From the NCBI RefSeq assembly GCF_000485595.1, contig NW_014577074.1, positions 428,828-472,431 of the forward strand: a DNA stretch of 43,604 nt, in the 5' to 3' direction. Shown piece after piece: positions 34,701-43,604 of this stretch. The stretch is from Priapulus caudatus. Its lineage: Eukaryota. Under the pieces are notes generated by a model that had not been told where the DNA came from, searched no databases, and saw only the letters and a program-made list of their open reading frames with translations. The position numbers were made by a program, and so were the translations under genes. Every line of letters starts with the position of its first letter. Within the stretch, counting starts at the first letter, position 1.

Positions 34701-37700
34701 GGGGAGAAAGGAGCAAGCTGACGGTGGAAGGAAGAGCGGGAGAAAGCTGCCGTGCGAGGAAGAGCCGCGGAGAAGCTGGTGGAGAATGAGGAAGGGGAGC
34801 AAGGGAGAACGGGGGTGGAAAGGAGGGAGAAGCTGGTGAGAGTAAGGGCAGGAGGGAGAAGCTGGTGGAGGAGGAAGGGAGGCACGGGGAAAAAAGTAGC
34901 TGGCTGAGGAGGGGGAGAAGCGATGAAGCTGGTGGAGGAAGAGCGGGAGAAGTGTGGAGAATGAGGAGGGGAGAAGGAAAGGGTGAGGAACGCGGGAGAA
35001 GCTGGCTGGAAAATGAGAGGAGGGAGAAGCTAGGTGGAGAAGGAGGAATGGGAGGAGGGCGGAGGAGGGGCAGAAATGACCTGCGTGGAGAGGCGGAGCA
35101 AGGAGAAGACTGCGTGGAGCAGGCGGAGACAGCTGTGGAGAATGAGGAAGCGGGAGAAGGAGAAGGGGAGGAGAAGGAGAGGAGAAGCTGGTGAGCAGAT
35201 AGGAGCCGGAGCAAAGTCGTAGAGAAGCGCAGGAAAGGGAGGAGCGGGAGAAGTACTGGTGAGGAGAGGGGCGAGAAGGAGAGAAGCTGAGTGGAGAAAA
35301 AGGAGCGGAAGAAGTGGCTGGTGGAGAAGGAGGAAGGCGGAGAGAGCAGAGGGTGTGGAGGAGGCAGGGAGAGCTGGTGAGAAGGAGAGGGGGGGAAGCT
35401 GGGGAGAGAGAAGGGAGAAGAGGGAAAGGAGTTGGTGCAGAGATGGCGGCAGAAGGAGAGCTGGTGGCCAGAAGCGAGGCAGGGGAGAAGCTTTCTCCGC
35501 CAGCCTCTCCTTCTCACCAAGCTTCTCCCCTTCCTCATCTTCCACCAGCTTCTCCCACTCCTCCTTCTCCACCAGCTTCTCCCTCTCCCCTTCCTCCTTC
35601 CACCAAGCTCCCTTCTCTCCTCCTCCATTTCTCCACCAGTTCTCCCCTCCTCCCTTCTCCACCAGCTTCTCCCTTCTCCCCTTCACTATTCTTCACTAGC
35701 TTTCTCCCTACTTCCAACCTACTAGTATACTCTAAACCTTCCTCTCCCTCTCCCTTTCCCCGTTCACCACACGTGCTCCTCGCACCCTGTACAAACTTAC
35801 GAGAGTGCTGAGACGACCTGCACTGAACGCCCCGAACTGCCAATAGACTGCTGTAGCCCATCTGGGCGCTGGAAGTTTGCAAGTTAATTGACGACGCCTA
35901 AACCTGATGTTTACCAGCGTTATGGCTTACTTTAGGGTGTTAGCGTTTAGTTAGGTTAAAACAGACCAGGCTCTCCGACTGTTACACGGCGGTAGGAGCT
36001 GACCCCTTCCATACGAAATGCATGCGTAGCCCCTGAAAACAAAACTCCGAATTTCATTAAAATTTCGTTAAATAATAACAATGTATTACCACATTCTGAC
36101 CTCACCTGCATGACATGTTGCAACTATCACTACACTTCTTTAATTGACTATTTACTCGAAATACACGTTAAAAGGATGAGATTTTGAACAGCTAATACTA
36201 ATCTTTAACGTTTGTGTGAAATGCCATTATGATGTTCTTATTCTCTCTTTACGCGAAAATCACGAACTTTCGCCCTACTGTATTATGGCATATCTATGGC
36301 GGAAATTTGCGGCATTTTTTGAGTTTTAATCTATGTAAGTACATGCTCAGTTGATAGCGCACATACAATAAATACGAGCGTGTGGAAGTACAGAGAAGCT
36401 GAAGAATCATAAAAAGTGAGATAATTAACGTATAAATAGGCACACGCCACTACTGCGCAACATATTTCTAATGCGTCGTTTAGTGACCTCTCGCCACGTA
36501 GGTTAAGCGAATGAATTGTGGCAGTAGGTTAGGGTTAGCGGATAGACCGAATAATTCTGTCTCATATAACCTTTTTAATTTTGTTGAAGGTCTATTATGG
36601 ACAGGAACAGGGCGTTCATTGAAATTTCGGACGACGCCATGCAAAATGGATGCGCTGCTAGTGTTACAATAGCCCTGGTTCTCGCTTCGTATCTGTGCGT
36701 GCCTGCAGGAGGTGATAGACTCGCTCTGATGGTCTGATGTTATGTAAATGGCGAATGTAATTTAACGAAAGTGCAATAAGCGCCCCTCTTCGTTCTGAAA
36801 ACAATCTTTTAAGCAAGAATAATGATTGAATGTGATGTATACACATATCTGTGCAAGTAAGAGTCATGTAGAGCGAACGGTAGGGTTTTTTCGGCCAATA
36901 GCGCGCGTACGAGCACCGCATTCGCCAGGCAATGCATTTTTCAGATACAAGATAATGTAACCCAAACCCAAGAGATAGGCGTTACAATAGTCTCGCTATC
37001 CCTTTCTGCGCGGGAATGCCCGAGTGAATCACTCGGCGGTTTTGCTGGTGCGGTTTCAGATATGATTCACTGGGGTTTATTCTCAACACAAACCTTTCTC
37101 CCATCTGGGAACTACTATGTATCGCAATACTCTGTTTTAAGACTAATATAACCTGTTACAAAAATTCGAGAGTGGTACGAGCGGCGAATATCCTGCAGCG
37201 CCATTTCGAATTCCTATGGGATGGGATGGGATGGCATGGAATGGGATGGATGGATGGATGGATGGATGGATGGCTAGATGGATGCATGGATAGATAGATA
37301 GTTAGATTTGTTTGGGTATTTTCCTTTCAACCAAGCGGTCACCAACTGAGTAATGCCACTGATTTCCCCGGGCAACGCCGGGTATCCCTCTAGTCAATAA
37401 TAAAACGATTGTAAATAAACGCGAAATGTATTTTACTACCAAACTGTCAATGATTATGTATTCTCTATCGACTAATAATTAATAATAATATAGTACAAGG
37501 TAATACCTTTGCAACACAACAATTATACTACACGCACAGCGCAGCTACACCAGTGCCACCACTGCAAAAACTCACAGAAGGATAGAGTAGCCGAGGTGAG
37601 AATTATAACTTGCAATTTAATACTATACACTTTATCAGGAGTCTATCAATATACTCCTGATAGACTCCTGACTTTATCTAGAGAAATCTGGTAAATTCCC

Positions 37701-40700
37701 AATGAAAAATGCCACTCCACGGCAATCTAAATGAATGTTATGCGCCATATTAAATAGAACACGGGAATGTAAAAGAGAACACCAGTATTTCATCTATGCA
37801 AAGTAACACATTTATATTGTGAACAATGCCAGTTACATCCATTACGTGTTATGTTTGGTAATAAAGCATGTATAACCATTATTAAAGCATCGTAACCTGC
37901 ACAACTTGCATAACCTGTGGCTACTAAATAAGAAACATTTTGACATAAAGTATGCTCATGCAGACTGAAAATTCTTTGATGTATCGGTCATTTAATATTC
38001 TAGTGGAAGGAACTTCCAGAAACTTAAGGATTTTAATTATGTTTCACCCATTTCATCATTTCAACCTAATTTGATTACAACTTAAAGATACCTACACACA
38101 ATAAATTACTTCAATAGTATTAGTATAGATACATGAGAATCATTTGAGCTATTTTTTTGACTAAATTGAATAAGTAATTTTGAAGTGATAGTTAAAACCC
38201 AGAGAGTTGTATACTGCAATACCTGTTAAACTGCCAGGTGGCTCTGTATGCCATTAGGTGGCGATGTTCAATTGGCATTACAGTATATCAGAAATCTTCA
38301 GTACCTTGTGTAGTACGCGTGCGCGAAGTTTCACAATTCTAACTATAAGTGCACAATGCACCCATTTTTATGTGCTTATTTGCTGCACTATGCAGTTATC
38401 TGGTGTCATTTTTTTCATTTTCAGTTCACCTGAGGGAGAACGGTACAAGTCCGACAGATTTAAAATGGTGCTTCCATATGCCGGACAGTCTATAGTGTGT
38501 AAGTTTCGAGGTTATCTACCATCGTCAAATGTAATAGTAGTGAAATGACAAATTATGTCATTATAACTTGGAATGGATGTATTAGATGTTTTTAAATTTT
38601 GATGTTTTATGTCATGCGCATTCTAGTTCTCTCCTTATGCATGCAAAAATTGTAAACTATTGTGAGCTGGTAATTTGGCTCATCAGTGATATTTCCCAGG
38701 ATGTGTTATAGAATCCCATTTTAAATTGTGATTGCGTACGTAATAAATACGCCATTTCTATAGAGCTTTTGCTTGTTTGCAGGGGAGATTTTATTTAATG
38801 CTGTTACTCCGGAGCTGCCGCCAGATTTTATCTTCAATGAGCAAGAGTTTTTCCCAGATCCTGACAAGCTGGAGGTTTTTATGACTTTAATAAACTTGGT
38901 CACATAACAGATTCAGACATGTTCCATTACATGATGTGGGAATAAAATAGACTCGGAGCTTTTTCGAATTTTGTAATTTTAAATAAGGGGTGCTCAACCA
39001 ATAATATAAATATATGTATTGTAACATTTGCCTACAATTTATGTGTGCAAATATCTTTTGCAATGAAGTTATAATTGTGCTTAAGGTTTATGCTTGGTCG
39101 CATTTCTTTCTTTTAGAGTCTAGGGAACTGGAACTCACATAACCCATCAGCATTATTAAGTGTTGTTCGGGAACTGCTGGAACAGTACAGAGAGTACCAA
39201 GTGTCTCTAATTACAAAGGACTCACGCTTGCACTTTGAGTACCAATCCCTGCTTGAGCGTTTTTGCAAGAAAGCAGATGAGGTTGAGATCCATGTCACAC
39301 CAAAATTACCTGTGGGTAGCATCATGTCTTTGTGTTTAGTGGTCCATATTTGCTAATGCATTTTGGGTATATACCAGAAAGTGATATGAGTTGTCTGTTA
39401 CAACTACTCTGATATAATTTGCGTGGAAACAAATTTATGCATAATTTATATGTAGATATAATAATACTTATTATGTGATGAGTTAATACTGCTTATAATT
39501 TTAGGGCAAGACTGGACAAGTAAACTTCCTTATCAAACTACCAGTTGATTTTTCACGGATTCCTCCTTCCCTTCTGGTAAATATATGTACTGTATTTAAG
39601 TAAATATAAAAACTGTAATTTTAGATAGATATTACAGCGGAGAAAATCTCGACATGATTTACATGCCATCTTGACCATCGATTTCATTTGTATATAAAAC
39701 AGTAAGGCATGGTAATTTTGTATATTTCTAACACGTGTGTAGGGGTCATCTTTGCTGTTGCAGGACCAAAGCACTTGCAAAGATTCTGCAGTGCTTCTTG
39801 TGCAGTTCACATCATCAGAGCCAAAACAGGCTACGCCGCAGCTGTTCCTATCACCCGGGGTGGAGCGGGCACTTGCTGGGTCACAGGCCCTGCGAATCCC
39901 AACTTTTCCGACTGGTGGATGTCTGCACGATTATGTTGCCTCTGTCCGTGACCTTCTAAATGCAACGGTAACTGACAAGTTCTTGAATGATGTGATACTT
40001 AGACTAATGGCTAGGAAATTGCTAGTACAGCAGTACCATGTGTTATGTAAGTAATATGTTCTAGAAAAGCATTCTTTATGCAAAACTCCATAATACAACT
40101 CAAGTTTTCTCTTTGACTCCCATTATATAATTGGAAATACGTTTCTGTGAAAAATATTTAAGCTGAAAAATATAGTAGGACAATTATGAATTCAAGTAAA
40201 CAATTTAAATCCATATATTGATTATTTAATACTGTAGCTATTTTAGCTACATATCTTTAGCTATTTATCTTCTCTAGATATTTTCATAGTACTGAAAGTG
40301 AAAAGGTGTTCAGAATTAGAATTACTGAGAAGGAAAGGAAGGTCAAAGTCGGAATTACTGAGAGGTAGAGGAAGGGGCATTTTTACCAGCTGGCTTGCCT
40401 TCGTTATTATTATCATTGTTCCACCAAACTAGCATCACACTGTCATATTTAATATATAAATTTTATTTATGGAAATTGTGTATGGTTCTTTATGAGTAGA
40501 TAACCGTGCATACTTATTGTTTCTAAAAAATTACGCAAGACTTAAATTTCGTTTCCTATCACAAGTAAAGTAGTCATAATTTACTAATTGTGTATGTGCA
40601 AATGTACATAGCCCGGATTGAAGTGCACCGGGTGTTACTGTAACTAATAGTAATTAATTCTGTTGAGTTGGTTGAGCACATCAGAATAATATATTCTCAC

Positions 40701-42083
40701 ACTATGGGCTTATACTCTTTTTACATTCCTGTTGACATGCTGGGGTAGTACTGTATAGTGTGTCTATACAATAGTAATCTGTTTTTTTAATGTAGGTAAA
40801 AAAGGTAGTACAGCGCTATGAGAAAAGAAAAGAATACATGGCTGCATTCCTAATTCTGTTTGGAAGGTCTGTATTATGTTTATCATGTAATGTGTTACCC
40901 AAAAAATTCCCATTATTGTTGAAACCTGGATAAATTGTAATTTTGTGATGAATTTTAACATCTAAGCAACTGCCAACCTTTTTGTTCCAGCTCAGTCTTG
41001 GAGTATGATATCATGCTGTTTGATCGTCTATCCATGTTGTTTGAGTGGCACAACTTTAGTTTCATAGTACATGGTAAGAATTCAGAGACACAAATATTCT
41101 CTTATAATATGTAGCATGCTGCTTCAGAATGAGTATTGTGCCAATACACTATACTGATGGTTTCCAAACGTGGGGACACACACAAATTGGAGTTGCGGAG
41201 GCAGGTTCTCAGTAGCGCTGTGTATGATAATGGGATCACATGCTTTCTTGGGCAGTGACTTTTAAAGCATTTTAGTATGCAATAGAGTATTTACCCAAGT
41301 ATTTACCCAGAGTTTGGGAACTAATAACTACTGTTGCTGTTTGGCTCAATGTTTATTTGTATATTTAAAGATGTAATATTGAACTAATTTCCTTTCAACT
41401 TAAATAATGAAAAATGAAAATAATTCATAATATATGTTTATGTCAAAACATCATGCACTTGGTGGCTGGGAATTTTAGACACCTTTTATGCATGGAAAAA
41501 ATGAGAACATCTGCTCTGTACATTGTGAATTATTATTCATTGTAGAATGATATGTATTGTATAAGACGTGAAGACAGGAGTGAGGCATATTTAAAGTTAT
41601 CGAACTCCCTGTTACTGTAACTGTTAAATTCTTATCTTTCTATGTAGTGAACATTCCAGAAAAGTTTCCAGCCATGAAGCCAACGTTGACACTAGAGTCT
41701 GTATATCACGAGTTCAACAAGGAAATATTCTCGATCTCGTATGATGATTACCCATATAGTCCCCGCTGGCATGGCACAGAGATGGCCGAGCGAGCAAGGT
41801 ATGTGCACGATTTTGAATTTGCAGTGGCTAGAAGATCATAATGGTTGTAGTTTGTAGTATGGTATTGAGAGATGTCAGTCCCTTTCTAAGCAATTGTGCT
41901 ACAGATCTAAGCAGCCCTATCCGCTCTATGATTATGCGAGAAAAAATGCGAGTTGTACTAAAAAATGCATCTTCAACTTTAAAAAATGCAGGTTAATAGT
42001 GTTTGCTTATTTGTTCAAGGGAATTCATCCTCAAGACAGTGCCAGAGTTTCAGAAGTCGTCTGTGCGAAAAGGTCACCTCTAA
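22953..42083 (+). CDS. BABAM2: BRISC and BRCA1-A complex member 2 (BRE/BRCC45), about 375 aa. Exons: 22953-23074, 38425-38498, 38783-38874, 39117-39311, 39505-39576, 39764-39967, 40796-40866, 40991-41073, 41648-41798, 42020-42083
   Basis: The spliced frame is open for 1128 nt. Motifs DRFKMVLPYAG, WEILFNAVTPELPPDFIF, FLIKLPVDFSRIP, LFLSPGVERALAGSQALRIPTFPTGGCLHDYV, KRKEYMAAFL and PTLTLESVYH...YPYSPRW match BRE along its length. Confidence 0.95.
24290..25530 (+). mobile_element. Frameshifted non-LTR retrotransposon reverse-transcriptase remnant
   Basis: RT-like motifs in the expected order: LSTCYK (24319), FRPGK (24442), VRDPVLSAFLLHNI (GVRQGDPLSPLLFNI-like, about 24750-24787), MYVDNLIVI (YADD-like, 24832), and a later LYG motif. 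The sequence is noisy. Confidence 0.55.
27880..28950 (-). mobile_element. Frameshifted LINE ORF2 N-terminal remnant (APE endonuclease and linker)
   Basis: Minus-strand fragments in order: LCL..WIK (ETW-like), LIIMG..NC (GDFN-like), PQSD (SDH-like), SFRRAD (NF.KADW-like), SWMT (PWIT-like). Confidence 0.42.
31318..31822. repeat. A-rich low-complexity tract, probably degraded read sequence
   Basis: About 500 bp of almost pure A/G, about 200 bp before the 25-N gap (32039-32063). Confidence 0.8.
32064..32205 (-). repeat. (ATGGG/ATGGC)n microsatellite, reverse complement of the type at 37216
   Basis: cccatcccat...ccatgccatgccatccc. Confidence 0.85.
32351..32422 (-). other. tRNA-derived Pol III promoter-like segment (SINE head or pseudo-tRNA)
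   Basis: Minus strand has an A-box-like GGCGCAGTGG and a B-box GGTTCGAGTCC (32373-32363) with a T-arm stem; no convincing acceptor stem or anticodon arm. Confidence 0.55.
33923..35915. mobile_element. Non-autonomous foldback/MULE-like element: ~220-bp outer TIRs plus inverted GGAGAAGCTGGTGGAG minisatellite arrays
   Basis: Begins GGTAAACAT(T)CAGGTTTAG and ends CTAAACCTGATGTTTACC. The purine-rich array flips to its pyrimidine-rich complement near 35490. Both ends abut TTAGGG-like tracts. Confidence 0.7.
37216..37393 (+). mobile_element. 3' end of a non-autonomous Helitron with internal (ATGGG)/(GATG)/(GATA) microsatellite
   Basis: GC-rich hairpin CCCGGGCAACGCCGGG (37367-37382), then CTAG (37390-37393) followed by T: the canonical Helitron terminus. 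Confidence 0.75.
38425..38498 (+). CDS. BABAM2: BABAM2 exon 2
   Basis: SDRFKMVLPYAGQSIV; AG/GT; phase 2 to 1. Confidence 0.92.
38783..38874 (+). CDS. BABAM2: BABAM2 exon 3
   Basis: WEILFNAVTPELPPDFIFNEQEFFPDP. Confidence 0.93.
39117..39311 (+). CDS. BABAM2: BABAM2 exon 4
   Basis: LGNWNSHNPSALLSVVRELLEQY...SRLHFEYQSLLE. Confidence 0.92.
39505..39576 (+). CDS. BABAM2: BABAM2 exon 5
   Basis: FLIKLPVDFSRIP. Confidence 0.92.
39764..39967 (+). CDS. BABAM2: BABAM2 exon 6
   Basis: PQLFLSPGVERALAGSQALRIPTFPTGGCLHDYV. Confidence 0.93.
40796..40866 (+). CDS. BABAM2: BABAM2 exon 7
   Basis: VVQRYEKRKEYMAAFLILFG. Confidence 0.92.
40991..41073 (+). CDS. BABAM2: BABAM2 exon 8
   Basis: VLEYDIMLFDRLSMLFEWHNFSFIVH. 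Confidence 0.92.
41648..41798 (+). CDS. BABAM2: BABAM2 exon 9
   Basis: FPAMKPTLTLESVYH...YPYSPRWHGTEMAERA. Confidence 0.93.
42020..42083 (+). CDS. BABAM2: BABAM2 terminal exon
   Basis: EFILKTVPEFQKSSVRKGHL*; TAA 42081-42083. Confidence 0.9.
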
Positions 42084-42427
42084 CCTCGTCTGCTCATCTG
42101 TTAGGGGGCATCTCATAGACTCTTCAGACCACGAGATATTCATTTCTTCTCCTAACCTGCTCATGGAGGAACAATTGAGTAATAATGGTGGCATCCGTTA
42201 AGCACAAGTTAAAAAACAATAGCGCATCCTTGCGAGCAGAAAAACGAGACCAATGGTCGTTTTTTGCTTTTCCATGCTCCTTTATGTAAAGACACTTACG
42301 TAAATACTGAATAATTATACTGGATAAGGAATATATTAATCAGTATAATCATGTTAATGTAATAGAAATGTAAAGCCAAAGCTGTATGACTCATGTTTAA
42401 AGGTTTTTACAGCCTATATATTCTGTA

Positions 42428-42433
42428 AATAAA
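42428..42433 (+). terminator. Candidate polyadenylation signal of BABAM2
   Basis: AATAAA about 350 nt after the stop codon, followed by T/GT-rich sequence. Confidence 0.5.
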
Positions 42434-42677
42434 CCAAAGGTATATTTTAGTTAGTTGGCAAATTATTATGATTGTCGTTATATTTAAATTGAGTTATCGT
42501 ATTTCATTGTTGCATTACTACTATTACAGCTGTTAAAAATTGGGTGATTTCTTGGAATGTTAATGCTTGTATTTTTCCTTTTGTGTATTGCAAAATGTTC
42601 ATCGATGAGTGTAAAAGACATTCAAATAGTGTATGCATAACCTGGTACAAGCTGGCAACTTTGGTACAGGCACTGAC

Positions 42678-43604
42678 CTAGCCACAAGTTCCCATCTCGC
42701 TTAACACTACGTGGCGAGAGGGTCACAAACCGACGCATTAGAAATATGTTCGGCAGTACGTGCGCTGCTATTTAACGTTAAATTATCTCACTTTTTATGA
42801 TTCTTACAGCTTCTCTGTACTTCCGCACCTCGATTTATTGTATGTGCGCTATCACTGAGCATGTACTTGCATAGATAAAACTCAAAAAATGCCGCCATTT
42901 TCCCATAGATATCCCATAATACGTAGCGAAAGTTCGTGAATTTTCGCGTACAAGAAGAGACATAAGAACATCCATAATGGCGTTTCACAACGTTCAAATA
43001 GTATAGCTGTTCAAAATTCTCTCATTTTAACGTGTATTTCGAGGTAAATAGTAATTAAGAAGTGTAGTGATAGTTGCAACATGTAGCAGGTGAGGTCAAA
43101 TGTGGTAATACATTGTTTTATTTACGAAATTTTATGAAATTCGGAGTTTGTTTTCAAGCTACCATGCATTTCGTATGGAAGGGTGTCAGGCTCCTCCGCC
43201 GTGTAACAGTCGGAGAGCCTGGTCGGTTTAACCCTAACCCTAAACCTAACACCCTAAGTAACCCTAACCCGGTAAACATCAGGTTTAGCGTTGTAAATTA
43301 ACTTGCAAACTCCACCGCCAGATGGCGCTACACAGTCTATTGGCGTTTCGGGCGTATCAGTGGCACATCGTCAGCACTCTCGTAGTTCTGGTACAGGGTA
43401 GCGAAGGAGCAGTGTGGGGAAGGGGAAGGGAGAGGGAGGAGGAAGTTTAGAGTAGTACTAGTAGGTGGAGTAGGGAGAAGCTAGTGAAGAATGAGGAAGG
43501 GGAGAAGGGAGAAGCTGGTGGAGAAGGAGGAAATGGAGAAGAGAGAAGGTGGTCGAGAAGGAGGAGGGGAGAAGCTGGTGGAGGAGGGGAGAAGCTGGTG
43601 GAGG
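42678..43604 (+). repeat. Inverted copy of about 14300-15320 (host repeat, TAACCC tract, foldback arm from 43271, minisatellite); runs off the window
   Basis: Reverse-complement collinearity with 14300-15320; taaccctaaccctaaacctaacaccctaagtaaccctaaccc directly before GGTAAACATCAGG. Confidence 0.85.

Noticed and set aside
41155..41515. Possible hAT-like MITE remnant (ggtttccaaac...gtttgggaac)
   Set aside because: Termini too degenerate and no TSD identifiable.
43228..43270. TAACCC repeats near the window end as a real telomere
   Set aside because: Short, degenerate, embedded in a dispersed repeat and followed by non-telomeric sequence.

Overview
This is animal (invertebrate-like) genomic DNA with spliceosomal GT-AG introns, not a prokaryotic window. 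Three conserved genes can be assembled exon by exon with consistent splice phases. (1) The last coding exon of the mitochondrial nuclease EXOG (+, 150-705). (2) A 15-exon MIS18BP1/KNL2 centromere-licensing gene (-, ATG 22443 to stop 2978) with SANTA, CENP-C-like and SANT motifs and two expanded tandem-repeat exons. (3) A 10-exon BABAM2/BRE gene (+, 22953-42083, about 375 aa), head-to-head with MIS18BP1 across about 510 bp. The rest is repeat-derived: a ~2 kb foldback/MULE-like element with a purine-rich minisatellite core whose ends sit in telomere-like TTAGGG tracts, a second TIR family beside such tracts, a Helitron 3' end with a tRNA-like segment, LINE remnants and nested MITEs. Important caveat: the blocks around both 25-N gaps (about 11712-17150 and 23200-37215), and probably 42680-43604, look like error-rich, duplicated and mis-oriented long-read gap-fill. 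Copy numbers and arrangement there are unreliable. All identifications are from motif recognition and recall, not from database searches.
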